A DNA stretch of 35,562 bases from a virus (Duplodnaviria; Caudoviricetes), in IMG/VR virus record IMGVR_UViG_3300049856_000058, positions 1 through 35,562 of that record. The stretch is one strand, 5' to 3'. The translations under genes and the position numbers were made by a program. The notes below the pieces were generated by a model. It saw only the letters and a list, made by a program, of their open reading frames with translations, did no database searches and was not told the DNA's origin. Shown here piece after piece: positions 1 through 8,135 of the stretch (position 1 is the stretch's first letter; the number at the start of each line of letters is the position of its first letter).

Positions 1-49
1 GTATTTTGCTGACTGGTGCGACAACGCGATCAAGACAACTGGGCATGGC

Positions 50-337
50 GTGCTGACCGACGATCTGCGCATCAAAGCCGGCGCGATGTTCGGCGTAGAC
101 CCTTCGCGGGTGACGGCAGCGCGCTATGACGATAACGGTAGCTTTGTTGCGTGGTACATCAGTAACGAACCGTACCCGGCGAACGACTACCTCAAGCCGG
201 GGTTCGGTAACCGCGTTGCACTCACGTATAAACCTCCGCCAAGCGTAGGCAAGACCTACACAGCGCCGGGCGGCAGACGCAACAAAACCGCATGGCAGGA
301 CAGCCTCCGCCAATCGAAGCAGGCGAGGAAACGATGA
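50..337 (+). CDS. hypothetical phage protein (frame open to the left edge, start uncertain)
   Basis: 95 aa ORF; stop overlaps the next ATG (ATGA at 334-337). Confidence 0.6.
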   Translation: MLTDDLRIKAGAMFGVDPSRVTAARYDDNGSFVAWYISNEPYPANDYLKPGFGNRVALTYKPPPSVGKTYTAPGGRRNKTAWQDSLRQSKQARKR

Positions 338-468
338 CCACTGACCACCTAATCGGCGCGTGCATGGTCCTCATCGTCGCAGGCGTGGCCTATGCCGCGC
401 GGTGCGTGTGGGAGGCTGCGCGCGCTATGGATGCTGACCAGCGCGCACGTAGCGAGGCGGAAGAATGA
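334..468 (+). CDS. small membrane protein, 44 aa (MTTDHLIGACMVLIVAGVAYAARCVW...)
   Basis: Read by hand, below the ORF-track cutoff. ATGA overlaps at both ends and a hydrophobic N-terminal segment. Confidence 0.65.
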   Translation: MTTDHLIGACMVLIVAGVAYAARCVWEAARAMDADQRARSEAEE

Positions 469-803
469 AGAAGATCACAGTCAAAGAATTAACCGACGCC
501 GCATTGGATGTGATGCGAAACCCACCCGGATTACGTGGTGACTGGATCGTCCGTTGGGCCGAAGAGCAGGCGGCGGCTCAAGCACTTCTGCCGCCCATTC
601 CGATTGAGTGGCATGACGCCAGATTCAACGTTGGCGACTTGGTTCGTGTCCGCGAAACGCAATGGCCCGGCATCATCACAGACGTATCAAGAGGCCCGAA
701 CTACGGCATTCTGCCCAAGAACAAAAAGGGAAAATATGCGTGGTTTCGGCCCTGCGAACTTGAGCTGATCGAGACCGGGCCTTGGGAGACGATGATGTCT
801 TAG
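465..803 (+). CDS. hypothetical protein with an SH3/KOW-like C-terminal part
   Basis: 112 aa, GAGG upstream, FNVGDLVRV motif. Converges on the tailspike with overlapping stops. Confidence 0.7.
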   Translation: MKKITVKELTDAALDVMRNPPGLRGDWIVRWAEEQAAAQALLPPIPIEWHDARFNVGDLVRVRETQWPGIITDVSRGPNYGILPKNKKGKYAWFRPCELELIETGPWETMMS

Positions 804-2842
804 GCAACCACGGTCAGTGTTGTGTCGGCATACCAATCGACCGCCGTGGCCGCGACGCCCTGCACGCGAACACGGCATGAATTGCTATTAGCGTCCATCG
901 TGGCACCCGTCCAAGCCGCATTGCTCTCAAGGTCGGTGCCCAGCGTAGTCGTCGCGCCCACCTGAGTCGTTGCCCCTGCCGCTGTCTTAAACAGCGCCTC
1001 ACGGGTGTACAGTGCGGCATCGGTGCCGGTCGTGGTAATGCTTCCGGTCACCTTGCTGTGAATCGATGCGCTCGACCCGTTGGCGAAGAAGAATTGCAGG
1101 ATGTTGGTCGCGGTGTTCGTTTCCTGCACGCGCCCGACGAGCTTGATCACCCCTGACACGATGTTGCCTTGGCAGAGGAACGGGTTGCCCTGGGTCTTGT
1201 TGCCGAACAGGTGATTGCCCTCAACCGTCAGTTCGGTCTGGACAGAGCCGGTTCCGATGATCAGCCCGTAACTCTGCGGCGTACTGCCGCTGTCGTCGGA
1301 GCAATGGTTGTTTTTGACGCTGATGTGCGACGAAGCGCCGAGCAACTGAATGCCGCCGCCGAACGAAACAGCTGCCACGTTGTTCGCAGTGCATCGGTTG
1401 TTGACGATGCTGGCATGGGTCAGCGCGGTAGCGCGGATGCCGTCGTACTGATTATTCCGGCAGAGGTTGTCGTGAATCTGCACGTTCGTCGATGCGTTGA
1501 CGAAAATCCCTGATCCGCCGTTGTTCGACGTACCGTTGTCGTCGCATGTATTCCCGGCAATTCTCAGACGGGTAATAGTGCCGGTCGTTGCCGTAACTCT
1601 GATGCCGTCTCCGTCGCCAGAAACGACGGTATTGGTCCCGCAGCCGATAATGATGTTCTTGGTGATCTCAATGTCGGCATCGTCACCAGAACCAGACGCG
1701 ACCAAAACCCCTGCGCCCTGAGTCGTTTTGATGTGGTTAGCGTCAACAATCACTCGGCCGCCAGCGTTGATCTGAACTCCAGGCGTCGAGCCGTTGCCGG
1801 TGCATAGATAGATATTGTTGCCCTGAATCAGCACACGCTCGCCGTATGCGGCCGAACTACCAGTTACATTGATGGCTGCCTTTGACGACGCAGTGATAGA
1901 GCAGTTTGAAACTGTGCCGGTTGATCCAACTCCGGCGGGATCTGCTGCCGCCAACACAATGCCGTTTACGCCATCGACCCCGGATGTTCTGCTGCCTCCC
2001 TTAATCAGCATATGATCAACGAGCACCCCTGTGCATCCGTTAAGATTGAGCAGCCCGGCCGAATACTGGCCGCCTGCATTACCGTCGATACAGAAGTTGC
2101 TGAACTTGCACCCTGGCACCGCACCGTAGTCGCTTTTTTGGACGAGCAACGGGATAACCGCCGCCGCAGACGTGAGTTGTAGGATGCAATCCCAGCCGGT
2201 GCCAATTATCGTAATCGGGCCTGTAGCCGTCAGCCGCACGCTGGTCTGGTAGGTGCCCTTGGTGAACTTGGCCGTCCAGAACTCAGCGACTGCGGCAGTA
2301 ATCCAAGCCTGCAATGTCGTGGCGTTGTCGGTCGTACCGTCGCCCTTCGCGCCGAATTGTTTGCAGTTCACTTCGCCGTTGTGGAGCAGTTCCCATCGGC
2401 CCGAACCGGACGTAGGCGTGATGATGGTCCCATCGTTCGCCGTCGCCGTGGATGTCGAAAGCCTGTACGTGCCGTGTCCACCGTCCCCTGCCGTGTAGTA
2501 ACCCAGCGTGGTGGCGTATGTAGGGCCGTTGAGCGCCTTCAAGGCAGCGACAGACGCCACAATAGCCCCGCCGCCGTCCGAGACCGTCACAGGCCCCCAG
2601 ACCGCAGCATCCGCCGATGTGGTCAGCCATACGTCCACAGAACCGACAATGTAGATCGCGCTGAACTCGCCGTTGCTGTCCGCAATCGCCGGGTTAGCCG
2701 CCGTAGTAGTCGCATTGATGTCGGTGTAAATGTCCACCATCGTCGTTGTGCCGACAGCGTAGAATGTCAGCTTCGCCCCAGGCATGACCTTGCCGCCAGC
2801 GGTGAGCGGTCGGGCTTTGGGGATGTAGAAGGCTTGGGTCAT
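800..2842 (-). CDS. tailspike / receptor-binding depolymerase, right-handed beta-helix
   Basis: N-terminal virion-anchor-like region (GAKLTFYAVGTTT...NPAIADSNG), GYYTAGDGG motif, Pectate_lyase_3-type start VNCKQFGAKGDGTTDN, Asn/Gly-rich beta-helix repeats. Last gene of the morphogenesis unit, as for P22 gp9. Confidence 0.88.
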   Translation of the reverse strand: MTQAFYIPKARPLTAGGKVMPGAKLTFYAVGTTTMVDIYTDINATTTAANPAIADSNGEFSAIYIVGSVDVWLTTSADAAVWGPVTVSDGGGAIVASVAALKALNGPTYATTLGYYTAGDGGHGTYRLSTSTATANDGTIITPTSGSGRWELLHNGEVNCKQFGAKGDGTTDNATTLQAWITAAVAEFWTAKFTKGTYQTSVRLTATGPITIIGTGWDCILQLTSAAAVIPLLVQKSDYGAVPGCKFSNFCIDGNAGGQYSAGLLNLNGCTGVLVDHMLIKGGSRTSGVDGVNGIVLAAADPAGVGSTGTVSNCSITASSKAAINVTGSSAAYGERVLIQGNNIYLCTGNGSTPGVQINAGGRVIVDANHIKTTQGAGVLVASGSGDDADIEITKNIIIGCGTNTVVSGDGDGIRVTATTGTITRLRIAGNTCDDNGTSNNGGSGIFVNASTNVQIHDNLCRNNQYDGIRATALTHASIVNNRCTANNVAAVSFGGGIQLLGASSHISVKNNHCSDDSGSTPQSYGLIIGTGSVQTELTVEGNHLFGNKTQGNPFLCQGNIVSGVIKLVGRVQETNTATNILQFFFANGSSASIHSKVTGSITTTGTDAALYTREALFKTAAGATTQVGATTTLGTDLESNAAWTGATMDANSNSCRVRVQGVAATAVDWYADTTLTVVA

Positions 2843-2854
2843 GGAGTCGCCCTG

Positions 2855-2947
2855 ATGATCATTCTGGAATTGGCGTTCATCGTGTTCGTGCTGCCCGTTA
2901 TGGCGGTGATTTTTGGGGCGGTGCTGTACGCGAGTTTTGCCGATTAG
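2855..2947 (+). CDS. putative antisense 30-aa membrane peptide (MIILELAFIVFVLPVMAVIFGAVLYASFAD)
   Basis: GGAG at 2843-2846, 8 nt before the ATG; near-continuous hydrophobic helix. Overlaps the 3' end of the opposite-strand gene. Confidence 0.35.
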   Translation: MIILELAFIVFVLPVMAVIFGAVLYASFAD

Positions 2948-4859
2948 GCGTGGCCTGCTTGAACGCTTCTGCTGCCTTGCCGGGGTTAAGGATCATGTCG
3001 GCGATAGCGGCACGGAATGCCGCGTCTCCGTCTGTGATCCACTGAACCGACCGCAAAGCCTTCTCGATAGCCGTAGCGACCCCTGGATGCGGATTGGTGA
3101 CGCCGAGCGAATTGAGGACGTTGTTGGAGTACAGCCGTTGAGCCGTTGGCGAGGATTTCCCCGCTCCGGCACCCTCAACCGCCGCCCGTCTCGAAACCTC
3201 TTGAGCGATGGTTCGCAGCATCTGCAACTGAGCCGGCTCCATCACGTCTTCGAGACGATTCGCGCGCGGCTTGCCAAGCGCCTTTTGGATAAGCCCCGGC
3301 TGCCCCATCGGGTCCATAATGTTATTGAGCGATGACGCCTGTAGTCGCGGGTCTTGTCCCAAATTCTCAAGGCTTCCTGTGGCTTCATACTTCAGCCGCT
3401 TGGCGATTTGAGCTTGGTTCAGCGGGCGACTCATGCGTGCATGCTCAACCCGAGCCGCGCGATACGTCGGAGATATGTCTTCGATGAACTTGAGCAAATG
3501 ACGCCGCGCCGCTTCCATGCCTTCAACGGTGTAGGGCACCGAACCGCCGGCACCCCGCTTCTTATCATCGATCATGTCATCGAGCGCAACCTTGGCTTGA
3601 TGCAGTCCCTCAATGGTTGTCTGAGGCTCTACCGTGTCGCCGTACTTGTTCTGTAGGTTGACCTTCGCGCGCCCAAGCGCATCAGCTACTGCCGGACGCT
3701 GCAGCAGCGAATCCATCACGGCAATCTGGCCGCGATTCATCTGGGCTGGTGTAACGGCTTCCTCGAATGCCTGCCGGTACAATGGCCCGCTGACTTCTGC
3801 GCGGGCGCTTGCTGCCGCATCTTGGCCAGCCGCCATGCGGTCAAGTTGGCCCAGCCGAGCTGCGTTGTTCTGAATGTCGCGCGCTTCTACCTGCCTTGCG
3901 ACGGTAGGCTCGCTCTGCACCGTGTCCAGCAGTCGCGACGCGCCCGCTGCCGCCTCTGGGTCTGCGATCTGCTCAGGCAGTGTTCGCCGCGCCCCGGTTG
4001 CCGAAGGGTTGCTTGTAAGTCCTTCCAAGTCTTCAGGACGAACGCCGTAGCGAATGAGCGCACGTAGCGCCGCGTTCTGCGGGCCTTGCTGGGTCAGTGG
4101 CTCAACGACCGCGCGTGCGACGTTTTGCGCCTGCCTAACACGGCGCACAGCTTTGACCGTCGGAGTAACCCGTGGGGCTGGCGCTTGTGGTGCAGGCAGC
4201 GCCTGCTGGCCCATAGCGGCCTGTGGCGCAGGTAACGCCTGCTGTTGAGCGGGCAACTGCTGAACGGTTCCGCGTTCCTGCTGCGCGATTCTCGCTTGAG
4301 CAAGCAACGCTTCCTCTGGTGAGCCTGCCCGCCACTCTGCGGCGATATCAGCGCCCCTTGTGCCGCGTCGATTGAGTACGCGAGCACCGCCGCGCGCGAG
4401 TTTGGTCGGCAGCAGCATTGCGGCCGCGTTGACTCCGGTATTCGCGGCCGCGCCGAGGGCAGGGCTATTGGTCACCCGAGCGACGTTTGTACCCAGCGCA
4501 GCACCACCCCGAGCGGGCAGACTCAGCACGTTATTGACGTTGCCGCTGACTTCCTGCCCTAGCTCGCCGCGCGGCTGGTACGTGAGCGCGTTCTGCGTGG
4601 CCTGCATGGCTGCCATAGGTGCGCCGCGCGGGTCGTACCTGCCTTGGGTTGCATCAGCCGCTAGACCGCCGAGATACGCCAAGCCGCCGACAAGGCCACC
4701 AACGCCAGCACTGGCCACATTGGCCACAGTCTCAGCGCCGGCCGTCAGACCTTCCATTGAGTAGGGGTCTGGGCCTTTCGGCCTGTATACCGGCTTCGAC
4801 TTGGCAGGATTGAACCCGCCCGAATAAACCGGCTTCGACTTGCTGGGGTCGAATGGCAT
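2898..4859 (-). CDS. large DNA ejection / internal virion protein (P22 gp16 position)
   Basis: 653 aa, Ala/Gln-rich and helical, N-terminal FDPSKSKPVY duplication, PLYRQAF motif. Lies just before the tailspike. Confidence 0.75.
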   Translation of the reverse strand: MPFDPSKSKPVYSGGFNPAKSKPVYRPKGPDPYSMEGLTAGAETVANVASAGVGGLVGGLAYLGGLAADATQGRYDPRGAPMAAMQATQNALTYQPRGELGQEVSGNVNNVLSLPARGGAALGTNVARVTNSPALGAAANTGVNAAAMLLPTKLARGGARVLNRRGTRGADIAAEWRAGSPEEALLAQARIAQQERGTVQQLPAQQQALPAPQAAMGQQALPAPQAPAPRVTPTVKAVRRVRQAQNVARAVVEPLTQQGPQNAALRALIRYGVRPEDLEGLTSNPSATGARRTLPEQIADPEAAAGASRLLDTVQSEPTVARQVEARDIQNNAARLGQLDRMAAGQDAAASARAEVSGPLYRQAFEEAVTPAQMNRGQIAVMDSLLQRPAVADALGRAKVNLQNKYGDTVEPQTTIEGLHQAKVALDDMIDDKKRGAGGSVPYTVEGMEAARRHLLKFIEDISPTYRAARVEHARMSRPLNQAQIAKRLKYEATGSLENLGQDPRLQASSLNNIMDPMGQPGLIQKALGKPRANRLEDVMEPAQLQMLRTIAQEVSRRAAVEGAGAGKSSPTAQRLYSNNVLNSLGVTNPHPGVATAIEKALRSVQWITDGDAAFRAAIADMILNPGKAAEAFKQATPNRQNSRTAPPQKSPP

Positions 4860-6095
4860 CTACTTCACCACTTCGAATTCATTACGGTTGCGCGGATTAA
4901 CATAGGCTCTGTTCCGGCCGTCGATTTCCAATATCCAGCCCTTTGAATTCTTGGCTGGGAGATTTGCGCCACGCGGCGCTGCAGACGGTTTTGTAGGCGG
5001 TGGAATAGGCGCTTCCGGTAGAACAATGCGCCGAGGGTCCAGACCCGACGCTAGTGCTAACTGCTGGTACTGCTGGGAGAGCATCGAATACTGCTCGTCA
5101 GCACCGCGCATCAGATTTTCGGCAGTCGCAACAATTTCCTTGCGCTGTTCCGGGTTAAGGAACGCGCCACTTTTCACTTTGTTCCACTGGTTTCTAATCC
5201 GATCAGGAACACCCGCCGCGTTTTGAGCAGTCGCGAATTCTGTCTCGCGAACTACCGACGTTGGGTCATGCATCTTCATAATTTGATACACCAGCCCGAT
5301 GTCATTCTGCGCGCCGCCATTTGACAGTTGCCGGATGCTCGAATACGCAGACCGCAATGCCCGACGGTTGGATGTCAGCCCATTGAATTCGCGACGCAGA
5401 GTGGCTTCGTCTTTGATGTTGATGCCGCCGAATCCATTCGCGCGGGCTTCCCTGTCGAGTCGCCGTTCATTGCGATCAGCGTTCCCCTCGCTTCGAGTGA
5501 GGGCCTGTTGAGCGGCTTGCGTTTCCGCACTCAGCGTTGAGTTGGGATCGGCCGAACCGACAACGCCTTGTCCAGCTTCTGCGCTGAAAGGGTTGATTGC
5601 TCGGCGCATAGGCTGGCCATTAGGCCCGCGTACCCATTCCCAAGTCGGGACCGTTTCGGCTTCCTTCATCTGTCTGGCTTGCGCTGCTTTCTGCTCATCC
5701 GTCAGTTGGTTGTTCTTGTTGACGGTAGCGTTGACATAGAAGTCATCCAGCAGTCGCGGGTTTTGAATGGGCGCGTTGGCTGTTTCCTGCCCAACTGCGG
5801 CCACCCAATCTGGATCATCGATGTAAAGCGCTTGGTAGGCTTCCTCGCGCCGGGCGCGTGGCAATCGTGACAGCGCCATAGCAGCCGTGCCCAATGCTTC
5901 CTGCTTGCGCTTACGCTGCATTTCCTCCCGAGCCGCCTGAGCGGCCGATTGCTCAGCCGAGAACTTCTGCTCTTGCATCGACTGATCGCGTTGAATCAGC
6001 GCGTTCTGCTGGTCCTGCTGGGCGTTCTGGCGATTGATCTGCATCGCGTTGCCGAGGTAGTTGACCGGCGTCGGGATGTTGAATGCCTGAACCAT
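4860..6095 (-). CDS. DNA ejection protein (P22 gp20 position)
   Basis: 411 aa with a Gln-rich N-terminus and a KMHDPTSVVRETEF motif resembling podovirus internal proteins; synteny. Confidence 0.72.
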   Translation of the reverse strand: MVQAFNIPTPVNYLGNAMQINRQNAQQDQQNALIQRDQSMQEQKFSAEQSAAQAAREEMQRKRKQEALGTAAMALSRLPRARREEAYQALYIDDPDWVAAVGQETANAPIQNPRLLDDFYVNATVNKNNQLTDEQKAAQARQMKEAETVPTWEWVRGPNGQPMRRAINPFSAEAGQGVVGSADPNSTLSAETQAAQQALTRSEGNADRNERRLDREARANGFGGINIKDEATLRREFNGLTSNRRALRSAYSSIRQLSNGGAQNDIGLVYQIMKMHDPTSVVRETEFATAQNAAGVPDRIRNQWNKVKSGAFLNPEQRKEIVATAENLMRGADEQYSMLSQQYQQLALASGLDPRRIVLPEAPIPPPTKPSAAPRGANLPAKNSKGWILEIDGRNRAYVNPRNRNEFEVVK

Positions 6096-7168
6096 TACGG
6101 CTTCCTCAAGTACGCGGGCAGCGGGTCGGTTTTGCCGGTGTAGTTGTAGTCCGGAGTTTGTGTCCTACGGGTCAGCAGGTTTTGCCCGAACTGCCCGAGC
6201 GCATCACCCTGGGCGAGATAGCCGCTTGCCCGAGTGTTGCCGCGAGCGTTGGCGATGTCTGCGGACGTAGCGCCTGCCTGCCCGATGTTCTGGCCTGCGT
6301 TGTTCAGCGCGTTCTGGCTGTTGGCCGAGGCTTGGTTGCCGAAGCCTGCAAGCGTGAGCCGAGGCTGCACGTAGTCCTCGTTGATGCGGTTGGCCACCAA
6401 CTGGTTGTTGAACCCGAGCAATGCCTGCCCGCGCTGGCCGGAGAAGAACTTGCCTTGCCCCGCCAGGTTCCTGTTAATGACCCCTTCGCCCTGCTTTCGC
6501 TGGTAGTCGAAGATGGGCAGGTTGAGGATGTTGGAGAAGTCCGGCCCTTTGCCCTGTGTAGCCGCCTGCGTGCCTTGTACGGCTGCTGACTTGACCAGTT
6601 TGGGAATGCCCGCCAGCTGCACCTGACCACGACTGCCTATGCTTGTGATTGAGCCATCCGGGCCGACTGACACTTGGTTGTCTGAGCCGTGGACGAGCCC
6701 AGGCACAACCCCGCCACCGGGCGGAGCATTGGCCAGCAGGTTGCCCGCACCATCCACGAACGTGCCCGAGGACTGATCGAAGTAGACCTGTCCGACAGAC
6801 TCGCCCTGCTGGTCTGGGGAACTGAATGCGCCGAGTAGATCCGCAGCAGTGTGCGAGCCTTTCTTGCCCTTGCTGACTTGGAACTTGATGCCCGGCAAAG
6901 CGATCAGGTTTTCCTGCCCGCCGCTTGTCGAACTTGGCGCAGACGTAGGCAGCCCGAAGAACTCGTTCAGTTGGTTTAGCGCGTTGTCCCGCGTCTGAAT
7001 CAACGGCCGGTTCAATTCGAGTTGCTGCCGGGTCAAACCCTGCTGCGCACGCAAGGCATTGCTGTTCGCCTGCCCCGCTTGCTGTAAACCTTGGTCGGCA
7101 GAGTTTTGCGCCTGCTTGTTGGCGATGAGGGAGCCACCCAATGCGATACCTGCGGCCCAGAATGACGT
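6095..7168 (-). CDS. DNA transfer / pilot protein (P22 gp7-like); probable start ACG at 7168 (ORF track starts at TTG 7141)
   Basis: gp7-like features: (M)SFWAAGIALGGSL N-terminus, PLIQTRDNALNQL, PIFDYQRKQG...GKFFSGQRGQAL, Gly/Ala/Asn/Gln-rich tail. Confidence 0.8.
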   Translation of the reverse strand, partial: TSFWAAGIALGGSLIANKQAQNSADQGLQQAGQANSNALRAQQGLTRQQLELNRPLIQTRDNALNQLNEFFGLPTSAPSSTSGGQENLIALPGIKFQVSKGKKGSHTAADLLGAFSSPDQQGESVGQVYFDQSSGTFVDGAGNLLANAPPGGGVVPGLVHGSDNQVSVGPDGSITSIGSRGQVQLAGIPKLVKSAAVQGTQAATQGKGPDFSNILNLPIFDYQRKQGEGVINRNLAGQGKFFSGQRGQALLGFNNQLVANRINEDYVQPRLTLAGFGNQASANSQNALNNAGQNIGQAGATSADIANARGNTRASGYLAQGDALGQFGQNLLTRRTQTPDYNYTGKTDPLPAYLRKP

Positions 7169-7179
7169 AGCACTTACTC

Positions 7180-7569
7180 CTATTCAGCGAACCTGCGCTC
7201 AAGTTCTTCGATGTCTCTACAGTCATCCGGGTTGGGATGGAACGTGACCAGCACGCTGTCCTCATGTGCCCAAACTGCCCGTTTAGTCCCCGGCTTGGTT
7301 ATACCAAGATACGGCGCGCGAATGTCGTGCTTATAGCCATCTGTTGACACGACCGTCAAATGACCCTGCACGAGCACCACGAAGTTTTCGACTAGGTGAG
7401 TCTTCGATGTGTTCACCGTGTTTGCCGGGATGTACATGGTCCGGCAGTAGACCCCAGACACGAACTCGTGGCCGTTCTCAAAGCTGATGCCGTGCTCGCC
7501 CTGTAGCGCCATGATGAACGCCTCAGCGCGGGCGATCTTCTCGGCTGCGTTCTGGACGGGGAGGGTCAT
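7180..7569 (-). CDS. cupin-fold phage protein
   Basis: Start MTLPVQ at an ATGA overlap. HEFVSGVYCRTMYIPA...SKTH...G...PGTKRAVWAHEDSV is a His-bearing cupin-like pattern. Confidence 0.7.
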   Translation of the reverse strand: MTLPVQNAAEKIARAEAFIMALQGEHGISFENGHEFVSGVYCRTMYIPANTVNTSKTHLVENFVVLVQGHLTVVSTDGYKHDIRAPYLGITKPGTKRAVWAHEDSVLVTFHPNPDDCRDIEELERRFAE

Positions 7570-8135
7570 GGCTGAATCACGTTGGCGGCCTTGTTCACCT
7601 GATCTTCTTCCGGGTGAGCCTCGACCCACTGCGCCCAACTGTCGCGAGTAATGCGGCCAGCAACAATGGTTCCAGCCTGACCCTCACGGGTGCCTGTTAC
7701 GTCGTACTTGGGGCGGCCTGAGACGTGCGCGAGGGCTGGGCCTTGGAACACCTCAAAGGTGGCTTCTTCTGCCCCTAGAACCTCAAAGGCGAAGCGTTGC
7801 AAGAGCGCATGACGTTCAGCCATGTAGCCTTTCCCGCGCTCCGATGGAATGACCACATCATTCAAAAGGTGGACCTTCATCCCTTCAGCCTTAGCCCTTA
7901 CCAGTCCGATGGGCTTGTCTGTGCTGACCAGAAGCGTCAGTTGCCACTGGCTGTCAGTCGTCAAGGGATACTTGACACGTCTGTTCGCTGCTACGGCAAC
8001 ATCGCACTCCCCTTGGCATCGAGCCAAAGAGAAGTAGCCGAGCGCGTCTCGCGGCCAGTCCGCATAACACTCAACGAATACCTGCCAGTCGAGGATGCTG
8101 ATAGGGCGCAGGCTGAGGGTCGGGCCGGTGATCAT
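7566..8135 (-). CDS. GNAT-family acetyltransferase-like protein (P22 gp14 position)
   Basis: LSLRPI N-terminus, VIPSERGKGY acetyl-CoA loop and FAFEVLG, typical of RimJ/RimL-type GNATs. Confidence 0.75.
   Translation of the reverse strand: MITGPTLSLRPISILDWQVFVECYADWPRDALGYFSLARCQGECDVAVAANRRVKYPLTTDSQWQLTLLVSTDKPIGLVRAKAEGMKVHLLNDVVIPSERGKGYMAERHALLQRFAFEVLGAEEATFEVFQGPALAHVSGRPKYDVTGTREGQAGTIVAGRITRDSWAQWVEAHPEEDQVNKAANVIQP

Noticed and set aside
6474-7265. 263-aa minus-strand ORF overlapping the gp7-like gene
   Set aside because: Alternative frame, Arg/Gly/Ala-rich with no motifs; the gp7-like frame explains the region.
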